The notes beneath the pieces are model-generated. The model was not told the DNA's origin. It worked only from the letters and a program-made list of their open reading frames with translations, and searched no databases. From the NCBI GenBank assembly GCA_964405775.1, contig CAYOPG010000001.1, positions 4,276 through 68,275 on the forward strand: DNA of 64,000 nucleotides. The letters are read 5' to 3'. Made by a program: the position numbers and the translations under genes. Every line of letters begins with the position of its first letter. The stretch's first letter is position 1. This DNA comes from an uncultured Lentisphaerales bacterium. Its GTDB lineage: Bacteria > Verrucomicrobiota > Kiritimatiellia > RFP12 > UBA3636. Of this stretch, positions 31,422-41,202 are shown piece by piece.

Positions 31422-33632
31422 ATGAATAAGGACACATCACCATCTGGGAAGCCTACCGGCGCCGCACTGCAGGTCGGGTGTTTTCCAGAAGGCAAAATTC
31501 CTGTCAAATTCAAAATAGGCAATCAGACGGTCAGGTCGTTTACCAGCCATGACCCCATAGGCGACCGCTATTCCATCGTGTTTGGCTCTACCAACCATTT
31601 GTACGATATCAACGTCTCGTTCGGAGGGCCGTTTGAGCTCTCGCATAATGATTTCGCTGAAATCCTGAGACGGAGCTCCGCTCTACGACACCCATGCCTT
31701 GTCCCTTATTTCGCGTGTGGAGACGACAACGGCGTTATATGGCTCCGTTCAGCGCACAGCGCGGGAGTTTCCGCGCAAAACACTGCGACCTCCGGACTTG
31801 ATGACCACGAAGAGCTAAGCGAAAACGAATTGGCGGACGAAGACGGCAACCGTTGCTTCACCACACTACGATCACTGCTGAACGCTTGCGGGGGGAATCT
31901 AGAAGATGAGGACCGGAACCTGATAATAGGTGATCTGGCTGAAGCTCTTGCTTTTTTACACTCCAATGGCGCTTACGCAGGCACGATAACTCCTGAGACG
32001 ATTTTTCTGGATCGCGTCCGACGTCATTCAGGTATGATCGCTAAGCTTAGATTCTATAACTGGCCAGCAACCGCTACACCCGAGCTAATCGCCAAAGATC
32101 TCTCGCAGGCAGGAGAGATCATTGCGCTACTTGTAGGCGCCGGCAACAGGCATGGCTCACAAACCGCACAAAAACTCATTAGGCTTTCTGAACAATTGCG
32201 CTCTCCGCTCCCTGAAATGACGGGAATGGATTTTCTGAGCGCTTTAACAGATACGATCAAGTTACATCGCACACCTCGGCATTTGAAAAAAACGGCTAGC
32301 GACACTGCGAAGACCACTATTGGATCCAGTACGGGCGGAGCCGATCCCGATGATGCCGGAGCTGCTACAGGCAAGATACACCACCTCTCACACCAAGGCA
32401 GGGAACAGCGCCGCGTGCGAAGACACAAGAAAACCGCCCGAATCGGCATTCTTGATTTAGCCGATGACAGAGTAAAAAAAGCAGTCACGATGTTTGCCGT
32501 GATTCTTGTATTCGCTGCTATAATCCTCACAGCTTTTGGAATATACTACGGGGTGAAATACTTTGACCACAGACGCATTCTCTATCAAAGGCTTGAAGAA
32601 CCGAGAGGGTTCTCCCCTGTCACAGTTCTAGATGCCGAGACAGGAAAGGCGTTTACAGAGACGCAGATTAATGTGGACTATTTCACTGCCGATCAACTTC
32701 AGGCAGCCGTTGTAGAAGGTGATTCCGCCGCTGCGGCACGGCTATGCGTGACTCGCGTGCTCGAGGCTCCGTCAGATCTCCAGGTTCGCGCCGAATCCAT
32801 CGCCGTCCTGACGCCACTTCTTGAGAACCTCGAATCGCGTGCCCAAGCGGAGCCGTCCGCTGCATACTGGCGAGCGTGCGCGATCATGCTCGCCATCGCA
32901 GGGGAACCGGACTACGAAGCCGCCGTCTCCAACCTGCAGTCCGCTTCAAGTTCGGGGCATATCAACGCGAAAGTGTTGTTGGGAGACTGGTACGCCACGC
33001 GCCGTTCCGTCCCGAATACAGAGGATGACCGCAAGGCTCTTTCACTTTGGCTTGAGGCATCCGGGGCGGGCGATTCCGAAACACGCCAGAACGTAGCAGG
33101 ACGGATAATAAAATTCGTCAGGGAAGGACGTGGATTCAATAAAGGCGACACCGCTCCAGTTGATTTCATCCGTTCTGTCGCTACCGGAGGAACCCCAGAA
33201 GCTATGATGATGATGGCGGACGTATACGAGGAAGGCATCTACGTCGAACAGAGCTACGCGACCGCCCTTTCGTGGCTCCGGGATCTAGCTTCAAACATGA
33301 ACGCGGCATTTTACTTGCGTTCAGAAGCGCAGCGACGCATGGCCGAAATGTTTGCAGTCGGCAGAGGTTCGCCACAATCAGACACGGCAGCACGGACGTG
33401 GTACGCACGTGCCGCGTCACTTGGAAACGCAGAGGCGATGAAGGCGTTTGCGGATTTTCTAGAGACAGGCAGAGGCGGTGGTGAAGGCGAATCAGACACT
33501 GAGGCGGCAAAAGAATGGCGCTTGAAGGCTGAGACCGCCGCCCCACCTCCGGCTCCGGATGACACTTTCAAGTTTATAACCGCGGTGCGCACTTCCGCGG
33601 CAGTTTTCAACGACCAATCCACAAAACAATGA
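31422..33632 (+). CDS. membrane-spanning protein: N-terminal degenerate protein-kinase-like domain, one TM helix, C-terminal Sel1/TPR-like repeats
   Basis: Kinase-like landmarks with catalytic residues replaced: LRHPCLVPYF, AFLHSNGAYAGTITPETIFLD (HRD/LKPEN positions), IAKLRFYN (DFG position). TM helix VTMFAVILVFAAIILTAFGIYYGV. Sel1-like repeats DWYATRRSV..., MMMADVYEEGIYVEQSYATALSWL, RTWYARAASLGNAEAMKAFADFL. Confidence 0.6.
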   Translation: MNKDTSPSGKPTGAALQVGCFPEGKIPVKFKIGNQTVRSFTSHDPIGDRYSIVFGSTNHLYDINVSFGGPFELSHNDFAEILRRSSALRHPCLVPYFACGDDNGVIWLRSAHSAGVSAQNTATSGLDDHEELSENELADEDGNRCFTTLRSLLNACGGNLEDEDRNLIIGDLAEALAFLHSNGAYAGTITPETIFLDRVRRHSGMIAKLRFYNWPATATPELIAKDLSQAGEIIALLVGAGNRHGSQTAQKLIRLSEQLRSPLPEMTGMDFLSALTDTIKLHRTPRHLKKTASDTAKTTIGSSTGGADPDDAGAATGKIHHLSHQGREQRRVRRHKKTARIGILDLADDRVKKAVTMFAVILVFAAIILTAFGIYYGVKYFDHRRILYQRLEEPRGFSPVTVLDAETGKAFTETQINVDYFTADQLQAAVVEGDSAAAARLCVTRVLEAPSDLQVRAESIAVLTPLLENLESRAQAEPSAAYWRACAIMLAIAGEPDYEAAVSNLQSASSSGHINAKVLLGDWYATRRSVPNTEDDRKALSLWLEASGAGDSETRQNVAGRIIKFVREGRGFNKGDTAPVDFIRSVATGGTPEAMMMMADVYEEGIYVEQSYATALSWLRDLASNMNAAFYLRSEAQRRMAEMFAVGRGSPQSDTAARTWYARAASLGNAEAMKAFADFLETGRGGGEGESDTEAAKEWRLKAETAAPPPAPDDTFKFITAVRTSAAVFNDQSTKQ

Positions 33633-34279
33633 TATCAGCTTACATATTCGATCTTGACGGAACACTTCTGGACACTGAAATCGTCTGGGTAGACGCAACT
33701 ATTAACTATCTCGCCTCAAAAGGCCACAATATATCGCACGCCCAGTCCATGAACATTGTATATGGACGAGCATGGTTCGATGTTTACGCAGATATCGTTT
33801 CGAGATTTCCAGACCTAGACATGGGCTTGCCTAAAATGCAGGACGAAATGGCGGAATACTTCTATGCTCTGCGAGATGTCACCGACGTCCGCATCCATGG
33901 TTCGGTGGAGCTGCTGCACCGTCTCTCGAAAACAAAGCCATGCTGCATCGTCTCTGGTTCGCCGCGTTCGCACATTACCGAAGGTATTGAAATCATGGGC
34001 GTTGAGGACGCCGTCTCCTTCTATCTCGGCTCGTCCGATTACGATTTCGGCAAACCGCATCCTGCAGGATTTTTAGCTGCAGCAGAGCGCTTGGGAGTCG
34101 CGCCGTCTGAGTGTATCGTATTTGAAGACTCAGAAGTCGGAATCGCCGCGGGGAAAGCCGCCGGAATGAGAGTCGTGGCACTGTCCAGACCCGGCCACCC
34201 CAAGCAGGATGTCGCGGCGGCGGATATTATCCTTCCCGATCTCGCACAGTTCGAGCCTGCGCTGTTTGGTGAAAAATGA
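33629..34279 (+). CDS. HAD-superfamily hydrolase (beta-phosphoglucomutase/phosphatase-like)
   Basis: YIFDLDGTLLDTE motif I, later FEDSEVGIAAGKAAGM. Confidence 0.85.
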   Translation: MISAYIFDLDGTLLDTEIVWVDATINYLASKGHNISHAQSMNIVYGRAWFDVYADIVSRFPDLDMGLPKMQDEMAEYFYALRDVTDVRIHGSVELLHRLSKTKPCCIVSGSPRSHITEGIEIMGVEDAVSFYLGSSDYDFGKPHPAGFLAAAERLGVAPSECIVFEDSEVGIAAGKAAGMRVVALSRPGHPKQDVAAADIILPDLAQFEPALFGEK

Positions 34280-35241
34280 GCGGCGCCACGGGTAAGAGCG
34301 CTTCATGTGAGGCATGGATACTAGTCGGCCCGACAGCTACGGGGAAGACGGCAGTTTCATGTGAATTAGCGCGCCGCCTTAGTGCCGTTGTCCTTTCGGC
34401 CGACTCCATGCTCGTTTACAAAGGCATGGATATCGGCACAGCAAAGCCCTCCAGCTCAGAACTTGAAGATATCGATGTTTTTGGTATCGACATAGTTCCG
34501 CCATCTGAAAAATTCAGCACAGGCCGCTGGCTTGAATGTGCAAAAGAGGCTTTTGCAACAGGGCGGGATGTGATTGTCGCCGGTGGAACCGGCCTGTACA
34601 TAAACGCCCTTATCAACGGTATCGACGCACCACCCTCCTCCACCGCCACTCGCGCAGTCACAACCGAAATTTTAGAAAGAGGAGGAGTCGAGGCTCTGCG
34701 CATGCGAGCGGAAGAACTCTCCCCGGGGTCGGTCACCTCTCTGGGCGATCCAGATAATCCTCGCCGACTGATGCGGCTTGTTGAAAAGCTCCTCGCGGGT
34801 GCGACTGCTTCAGACAGCGACAAGCGCCTGACTAGTAACGGCGGCATTGTTGCAGGGCTGGAAATTTCCCCCACCGCACTTGCTGTGCGCATTGAAGCGC
34901 GCGTCATCAAGATGTTTGAAGACGGCCTGCTTGATGAGGTAGCGGAGCTGCGGCGCAATTACCCCGGGTTTTCGGAAACAGCCGGGAAAGGCATAGGCTA
35001 CGCCGAAGCCGCGGCGGTGCTCGACGGCGTAATTGATCGAAAAGAGGCAATACAGAAAATCGCCTTGCGCACCCGACAACTCGCGAAACGCCAAAGGACA
35101 TGGTTCCGTCATCAACTTGATGTAGACTGGATACGAGGGCCCGAAAACAAACACGACGTCGCCCGTGCTGCGGATGACGTTATGGAGGCATGGAAACGCC
35201 ATGGGAAAACTAGAATATCAATCAGAAGAGAGTGTTCCTAA
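34276..35241 (+). CDS. miaA: tRNA dimethylallyltransferase
   Basis: ILVGPTATGKTAVSCELARRL...SADSMLVYKGMDIGTAKP. Overlaps the upstream gene by 4 nt. Confidence 0.9.
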   Translation: MSGATGKSASCEAWILVGPTATGKTAVSCELARRLSAVVLSADSMLVYKGMDIGTAKPSSSELEDIDVFGIDIVPPSEKFSTGRWLECAKEAFATGRDVIVAGGTGLYINALINGIDAPPSSTATRAVTTEILERGGVEALRMRAEELSPGSVTSLGDPDNPRRLMRLVEKLLAGATASDSDKRLTSNGGIVAGLEISPTALAVRIEARVIKMFEDGLLDEVAELRRNYPGFSETAGKGIGYAEAAAVLDGVIDRKEAIQKIALRTRQLAKRQRTWFRHQLDVDWIRGPENKHDVARAADDVMEAWKRHGKTRISIRRECS

Positions 35242-35995
35242 AGTATTAAAGGAGGCGCCTACCAATATTGCGCAGGTTCCTGACACAACAGATACTTTAA
35301 AAAATGTGGTCAGGAAGGATGACAGACCGCGGGAAAAGCTGAAGGAAGGCAGATATCTTTCAGACGCGGAACTTCTTGCCATCATTATTTCGCAGGGAAT
35401 CTCGGGTCATAATGTGCTGAGCATTGCAAATGCGATAATGAAAGATGCCAAGACACTGACAAATCTGACTAAGAAGGGTGTTGGTGAACTAAAGGAGTAT
35501 AAAGGCATCGGAGATGCAAAGGCTATACAAATAGCCGCAGTGCTCGAACTCGCCAAAAGGGTTCGTGATGAGAAAATAGAGAAAGGGGCTCCGTCGCTGC
35601 TAACACACCCGGAAGTCGTCGCAGAGGAAGTCAACGCCTACAAGCTGAATGATGATACTGAGTCATTCTTTGTCCTGCCGATTGACAAAAAATGCCGTCT
35701 CTGCGGCCCGGTTACAGAAGTGACACACGGTATTCTCGACTCTTCACTTGTGCACCCGCGCGAAGTCTTTAGAGTTGCTCTGCGTTGGGCGTCCGCCTCA
35801 GTGATTGTCGCGCACAATCACCCGTCCGGCGACCCCACGCCATCTAGGGAAGACCTCGATGTCACTCGCAAGCTCATAGAGGCTGGTCGAATTGTGGCTA
35901 TACCCGTAACTGACCACATAATCGTCGGTGACAAACACCTGTTTCCGCCAGGCTTTCACAGTATACGCCGCAGCGGCGTCATTGCTTTCGACTAG
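35201..35995 (+). CDS. radC: RadC-like JAB domain protein
   Basis: RPREKLKEGRYLSDAELLAIII N-terminus (HhH). JAMM motif HNHPSGDPTPSREDLDVTRKL. Start placed at MGKLEYQ, which overlaps the miaA 3' end; the exact start is uncertain. Confidence 0.85.
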   Translation: MGKLEYQSEESVPKVLKEAPTNIAQVPDTTDTLKNVVRKDDRPREKLKEGRYLSDAELLAIIISQGISGHNVLSIANAIMKDAKTLTNLTKKGVGELKEYKGIGDAKAIQIAAVLELAKRVRDEKIEKGAPSLLTHPEVVAEEVNAYKLNDDTESFFVLPIDKKCRLCGPVTEVTHGILDSSLVHPREVFRVALRWASASVIVAHNHPSGDPTPSREDLDVTRKLIEAGRIVAIPVTDHIIVGDKHLFPPGFHSIRRSGVIAFD

Positions 35996-37209
35996 CTACA
36001 AAGCTCTGGACATATTTCGGAGAGCCGCTTCGCAAGATAAGGGGTAGAGCCCCATTCGTCGCGCAAATCAAGGTATTCGGAAAGCGCTGTTTCCAAACCT
36101 GCCCGAGACGTCCTTACAGCTCGTATCATTATGTTGCGGGCGGTGGCTTCTGGCTCTATGAATTCGACGACGTTAGCACGGTATCCCATAATGCGCAGTA
36201 TCTGTGCGCGGAAAGCATCGGTCAGGATATCAGCAAGTCTCTCGCGCAGAATTCCGTTGCGCAGAACAGCGCGGTTGCGCCCGGTGGTGCCGAGTTGCGA
36301 ATGTAGCTCGTGCTGACAACATGGAGCGCACAGAATTGCACGCGCAGAATGTTCGACACCGAAAGCCATCGCCTCGTCGGTGGCAGTATCACAGGCATGC
36401 AGGCTCATTACAATGTCCGGCTCGGCAACGGGTTTGAAGACGCCGATGTCGGATGCAATGAAACATGCACCGCTTTCATCCCACCCCAAAGACTCGGCCA
36501 TTCTACGGCACGACCGGATGATTTTTTCGTTTATGTCTATACCTGTGAGCTTAATTTCAACACCGCGCGTTGCCTCAAGATAGGCTTTGGCCGAAAACGA
36601 AAGGTATGACTTTCCGCAACCCGCGTCGAAAAGCTGAATGGGGGTGTTTTGTTCGAACTTAAGGGCATCAAGCGTGGCGTCGATAATGCGGAGGAATTCA
36701 TTGACTTGGCGGTATTTAGCCCGCATGGTCGGTTTGATCTCGCCCTCTGGATCAGAAAGCCCGATGACCAAGAGCAACTTCGATGAATCGAATCTCGTAA
36801 GGGGATAGTCTTTTTCCCGGTTATGCGATCTTGATGCTGCGGGGTCACGGTTTAAGTTAGACTTGCTCCTCGAAATGAGAACACGTCCCTTTTTCGAAAC
36901 ACGGCAATGCAGATCTCGGTCAGACGTCATTACATGAGCCTCTGAGAGCGGGATTCCGCTCATCAGTTCCGACATTTTTTTCATGGCCTCGCCGCGCTGC
37001 AGATTTTCCGATTCAGAAGCGCGGGTGAACTGCCAAACTTCGCCGTCCTTTACCTCTACAATGCGGAGCTTCAGTTCGTTATTTGATCCGGGGCCGACTG
37101 GCTCCTTGAATTTTAAAACCGCGGATATGAACGATTGCACGTCGAAAATCATCTTTATGATTTCACGTGATGCCGCTTTCTTTTCTTGCTGGAAATCTTG
37201 CGTTTTCAA
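35992..37209 (-). CDS. class I SAM-dependent methyltransferase (Methyltransf_32-like)
   Basis: 405 aa. Motif I LFDAGCGKSYLSF. The stop overlaps the radC stop in the palindrome CTAG (convergent). Confidence 0.7.
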   Translation of the reverse strand: MKTQDFQQEKKAASREIIKMIFDVQSFISAVLKFKEPVGPGSNNELKLRIVEVKDGEVWQFTRASESENLQRGEAMKKMSELMSGIPLSEAHVMTSDRDLHCRVSKKGRVLISRSKSNLNRDPAASRSHNREKDYPLTRFDSSKLLLVIGLSDPEGEIKPTMRAKYRQVNEFLRIIDATLDALKFEQNTPIQLFDAGCGKSYLSFSAKAYLEATRGVEIKLTGIDINEKIIRSCRRMAESLGWDESGACFIASDIGVFKPVAEPDIVMSLHACDTATDEAMAFGVEHSARAILCAPCCQHELHSQLGTTGRNRAVLRNGILRERLADILTDAFRAQILRIMGYRANVVEFIEPEATARNIMIRAVRTSRAGLETALSEYLDLRDEWGSTPYLAKRLSEICPELCS

Positions 37210-38444
37210 AAGAATTTACCTACACCTAGTCGGAGCGAAGTCTCCGTTCCGAAAGACACGCCACCGCCGACGATATAGTCGGCAAAAGGAGAATACCAAC
37301 CCGAGAAAAGTATTCCCACAGGATCTGTCCGTTCGGCGTTTAGGTCGTAATGCTGGTCAGCTATATCGAGCGAACCACTGTAGCTCACGTCCGTGTAGGC
37401 ATCAACGAAAAGGTATGCCCCTACGCCCCAGAAGTGCGATGTATAATCAATGCCACCGATGAGGGAGAAAGTGAATTCTCCCATGTCTACCTCTTCCGAG
37501 TAATTCGTGAAAGTGTATTCGTAAACAGTTGATTCCGCTGTTCCCGGCGTTTCTGGAGTTGCGGGGATTTCCGGCACTACGTATTCACCGCTTTTATTAA
37601 AAACGGTCGCGTTCATATCAAGCGTCGTAGTCTCGTAAGAGGTCATTGCGCCTAAATTCGCATTCCAGTTGCCGTCAATGACGAACGAATACACGTAGCC
37701 AATCCTGCCTCCCATGCCAGAGCCACCATCGAGATTTAGATCCGAGAGATAAGTCCTGTCCGGCACTATGCCACCGCTCGTCTTTGCATCTGTAACCACA
37801 TAGATATCCGCAAACCAATTGCGCCATGTAGCCGACAGTCCAAGGCGGGTAATCTCTATATCCTCTCCGCCGCTTCCAGTATAGTCTCCGACATTCCAGT
37901 CGTATTTTACTGTGTGGATCGGCTCTATCCACACAAGCCCAGCTGCAGGATAAGTGCGCGGTGTGACGGTGAGGTCACCAAAAACAGTCCTATATGCGCC
38001 GGGGTTAGTGCTAGGCAACGGAGCGGGCTCCCAGCGCTGCGGTCTTGCAACGTCTGGTGCGACCGGCTCAGGATCGCCAGAACGCGACATGACAATGGGA
38101 GGTGGAGGAGTGCTCTCGTCTCCGTGAAATTCGCCGATCCGTGAGATCGCCATCGCAAACCCGCCCAAGTCAACTATGCGGTTGAGCACGAAATCATACG
38201 GCCCGTGACGTCGTTCCGTGACTGAATCCGCGAACAAAATCTCTTGCGGGCGCGAGGCGAGAATCGTCCACTCCTTCCCTCCCGCAGTGAATTTGACACC
38301 CGGTTTTTTGACAATAGGCCCCAACGTGTCTCGCGTGACCGTGGACGTTAGCCAGAACGTCTTGTACTCTTCGGCGTTGGCGGTCATGCCGACTGCCGCA
38401 AACACCAGCGTCAAAGCAACAATAAAGCTAATTTTATTTTTCAT
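37206..38444 (-). CDS. outer-membrane beta-barrel protein (hypothetical) with signal peptide
   Basis: MKNKISFIVALTLVFAAVGMTANA signal peptide. Pro-rich linker. Alternating hydrophobic beta-strands. C-terminal ...LRLGVGKFF with terminal Phe. Confidence 0.6.
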   Translation of the reverse strand: MKNKISFIVALTLVFAAVGMTANAEEYKTFWLTSTVTRDTLGPIVKKPGVKFTAGGKEWTILASRPQEILFADSVTERRHGPYDFVLNRIVDLGGFAMAISRIGEFHGDESTPPPPIVMSRSGDPEPVAPDVARPQRWEPAPLPSTNPGAYRTVFGDLTVTPRTYPAAGLVWIEPIHTVKYDWNVGDYTGSGGEDIEITRLGLSATWRNWFADIYVVTDAKTSGGIVPDRTYLSDLNLDGGSGMGGRIGYVYSFVIDGNWNANLGAMTSYETTTLDMNATVFNKSGEYVVPEIPATPETPGTAESTVYEYTFTNYSEEVDMGEFTFSLIGGIDYTSHFWGVGAYLFVDAYTDVSYSGSLDIADQHYDLNAERTDPVGILFSGWYSPFADYIVGGGVSFGTETSLRLGVGKFF

Positions 38445-38445
38445 C

Positions 38446-39045
38446 TCAAATTTCCAAGCGCATTACAAAATCATCCATCAAGAAACCGCCGCCGATTTCC
38501 CGTACTTGTTCTTTCCTTTTGGTAAATCCAACCCGTTCATAAGCGCGTATAGCACGCTCGTTCTTTTTGTTAACGTTGAGTTCCACAGCACGTGCACCGA
38601 CATCTTCCGCGTGTTTTGCGACATGCTTCAAAAGCCGACGTCCAAGCCCCTGGCTCCACAGCGCGGGAGCCAGATAGATCTTATGCAAGTAAACAACGCC
38701 ATCGCCATCCGGCTTCATATCATACGATAACACCCCGGAGTCAGATCCATTGGTTTCCAAGAGAAAATATCCGACACCTTCTGATATTTCTTTTTTAATA
38801 GTCTCAGGGGCATACATCCACGCTAACATGAAGTCGATTTGTGTGGCAGTAATAATGTCCTTGTAGCATATCGGCCAGATTTTAGACGCAAGAGCGAATA
38901 CGGACGCAATATCGGCATCCGTCTCTATCTTCCTTAGAATCAGCTCTCCATCGCAAGGTGCTTCGCAATTCACATCAAATTCCTTTTGGGTTGTGAGTTT
39001 CAGGCTTTGTGGAAGAGTCCTGACCCCGCCACGGTTGGGTATCAC
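38446..39045 (-). CDS. GNAT family N-acetyltransferase
   Basis: Acetyl-CoA motif QGLGRRLLKHVAKHAEDVGARAVELNV...NERAIRAYERVGF. The listed start overlaps dtd by 70 nt, so the true start is probably internal. Confidence 0.8.
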   Translation of the reverse strand: MIPNRGGVRTLPQSLKLTTQKEFDVNCEAPCDGELILRKIETDADIASVFALASKIWPICYKDIITATQIDFMLAWMYAPETIKKEISEGVGYFLLETNGSDSGVLSYDMKPDGDGVVYLHKIYLAPALWSQGLGRRLLKHVAKHAEDVGARAVELNVNKKNERAIRAYERVGFTKRKEQVREIGGGFLMDDFVMRLEI

Positions 39046-39484
39046 TTGTCAGCTCTATCGTAACTGGTCCTTCATTAACAAGCGCGACTCTCATTTCGGC
39101 ACCGAATTCACCGTGAGCAACCTTGTCGGGACCGAGAACATCACGCATCTGCTCAATGAAATACTCATAAAGAGCTTCTGCCTTAGCCGGGTCGCCACCC
39201 ATAGTGAAACCGGGACGGTTGCCTTTTCTCGTATCGGCATAAAGCGTGAATTGCGATATAAGCAGTACAGAGCCACCGGTCTGCTCAATGGAAAGGTTCA
39301 TTTTGCCATCGGCGTCGTTGAACACACGCAACCCTGCGAGCCTGTGTGCCAGATAGTCAGCATCGCGACGCGAATCGTCGAAACGGCATCCTATAAGCAC
39401 CACATAACCTCCGCCTATGGCACCTTTCACGACTCCACCAACAGTTACGTGCGCTTCAGAGACTCTTTGGACTATCAGCTTCAT
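38975..39484 (-). CDS. dtd: D-aminoacyl-tRNA deacylase
   Basis: MKLIVQRVSEAHVTV...GGYVVLIG...SQFTLYAD...NRPGF...NEGPVTIEL, canonical Dtd. Carries ~20 extra C-terminal residues. Confidence 0.88.
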   Translation of the reverse strand: MKLIVQRVSEAHVTVGGVVKGAIGGGYVVLIGCRFDDSRRDADYLAHRLAGLRVFNDADGKMNLSIEQTGGSVLLISQFTLYADTRKGNRPGFTMGGDPAKAEALYEYFIEQMRDVLGPDKVAHGEFGAEMRVALVNEGPVTIELTSDTQPWRGQDSSTKPETHNPKGI

Positions 39485-39785
39485 TTGCGGTTAACTCTCA
39501 TAATTAAAGGGGCATTTTACCATTGCGACACTTCATCTTCAAGTGGCGATTTTTTGTTGGACGTTGTTGGACTTTCACCAAAATTTGAATCGCGAGTGCC
39601 ACACCGGCAATCTATTCCCCACTTGCAGCGCACACGTCGTTGTCAAAGCACAACATTTATGATGGCAAAAGAACTGCTCATGCGGTAAACTTACACCATA
39701 CAAAACAGTTACCCACTCCTATCGAATGAACCAAAACATCGGGCGGTTATCAGTACTGCCCGCAAGTTTACAAGAGCAACTAAAA

Positions 39786-40886
39786 ATGGCAGTAAAAGAG
39801 AATCTATACGCAGTTATAATGGCAGGCGGTCGCGGCGAAAGATTTTGGCCTTTGAGCCGGACGGCAAGACCCAAGCAGTTTGTATCCATCTTCGGAGGAA
39901 AGCCGCTGATCACAATAGCCGTAGAGCGCCTGGAAGGCTTAGTTGCACCCGACCACATCCTTGTAATAACGTCGGCGGATCTAGTGGACGTATCACGCGA
40001 AGCACTGCCGGAGCTCCCACCGGAGAACATAATAGGTGAACCGTTCGGACGCGACACCGCCGCCGCATGTGCGCTGGGCATGGCATGGACTTCGTGGAAG
40101 GGTGGAGACTCTGCCACGATGGCCGTCCTGACAGCAGATCATCTTATTGAGGACGTACCGGTATTCCGTCAAACGCTGGCGGACGCATCCGACATCGCCG
40201 CCCGCGAGAAAGCCATAAGCGTTATAGGGATCGTCCCGGAATTTCCCTCGACGGGTTATGGCTACGTGGAATCGGAAAAATCGCTGGAGACCGGCACCAC
40301 CACGGAATTCATACGAGTCAAACGTTTCGTCGAAAAGCCAAATCTGGAGACGGCCAAACAGTACGTTTCTTCCGGCCGCCACTACTGGAATTCGGGTATG
40401 TTCATATGGACCGCCTCCACTTTCAAGAATGCGCTACGCGAATTCCGGCCACAACTTCTGGAAATGGCGGAACGTATGGAGTCCAAATTCGGCAAAGAAG
40501 ATTTCAATGACGCCCTGCTTGAGGAGTACACAAAGCTCGACAAGATTTCGATTGACTACGCCGTTATGGAAAAGGCAAGTAACATCATCGCAGCACGTGG
40601 CTCATTCGGGTGGGACGATGTTGGCACGTGGGTTTCGGCCGCGACCCATTTTGCCAACGACTCCAATGGCAACGCAACTCACGGCAAGACCGAAATCCTT
40701 CAGTCCCAAGGCAATACAATCGTAAACGACGTCGATGGGCACCTCGTGGCCGTTATGGGCGCCGAAAATCTCGTGGTAGTTCATACAGCAGACGCCACGC
40801 TCGTCTGCACTCGCGACTGCGCCCAGGACCTCAAGGAACTGGTGAAACAAATCTCAGAAAAAAACAACAACCCGTCTTACACATAA
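39786..40886 (+). CDS. manC: mannose-1-phosphate guanylyltransferase (GDP-mannose pyrophosphorylase)
   Basis: LYAVIMAGGRGERFWPLSRTARPKQF nucleotidyltransferase motif. Length ~367 aa from ATG 39786. Confidence 0.88.
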   Translation: MAVKENLYAVIMAGGRGERFWPLSRTARPKQFVSIFGGKPLITIAVERLEGLVAPDHILVITSADLVDVSREALPELPPENIIGEPFGRDTAAACALGMAWTSWKGGDSATMAVLTADHLIEDVPVFRQTLADASDIAAREKAISVIGIVPEFPSTGYGYVESEKSLETGTTTEFIRVKRFVEKPNLETAKQYVSSGRHYWNSGMFIWTASTFKNALREFRPQLLEMAERMESKFGKEDFNDALLEEYTKLDKISIDYAVMEKASNIIAARGSFGWDDVGTWVSAATHFANDSNGNATHGKTEILQSQGNTIVNDVDGHLVAVMGAENLVVVHTADATLVCTRDCAQDLKELVKQISEKNNNPSYT

Positions 40887-40889
40887 ACT

Positions 40890-41195
40890 ATGCTTTCGAC
40901 ACTACTCAAAACCTTCGGCACTGTTTTCGTGGCAGAGCTGGGAGACAAGACACAGCTGACCTGCATGGGATTCGCATCGACCGATCCTGGACAACGTCTG
41001 TGGATATTCCTCGGCTCAGCGCTTGCGCTTGCGGTTTCTTCCGCAATAGCAGTGTACTTCGGCTGCCAGATCCAGAAATTCGTAAGTCCCAAAACAATTA
41101 AAATCATTGCCGGCACTGTCTTCATAATTTTCGGGATTATATATCTGAGTGAAGCTTTTTTGGGCGATCCTCCCCTCCCGCCACCCGAAGCATAG
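40890..41195 (+). CDS. UPF0016 (GDT1/TMEM165) family cation transporter, single-repeat (half-size) form
   Basis: 101 aa, 3 TM. Signature E-x-G-D-K-T (AELGDKTQL). Confidence 0.75.
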   Translation: MLSTLLKTFGTVFVAELGDKTQLTCMGFASTDPGQRLWIFLGSALALAVSSAIAVYFGCQIQKFVSPKTIKIIAGTVFIIFGIIYLSEAFLGDPPLPPPEA

Positions 41196-41202
41196 CATAG
41201 CC

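Noticed and set aside
39553-39572. Tandem GTTGTTGGAC x2 in the dtd/manC divergent intergenic region
   Set aside because: Only two short copies. Cannot be distinguished from chance or a simple promoter element.
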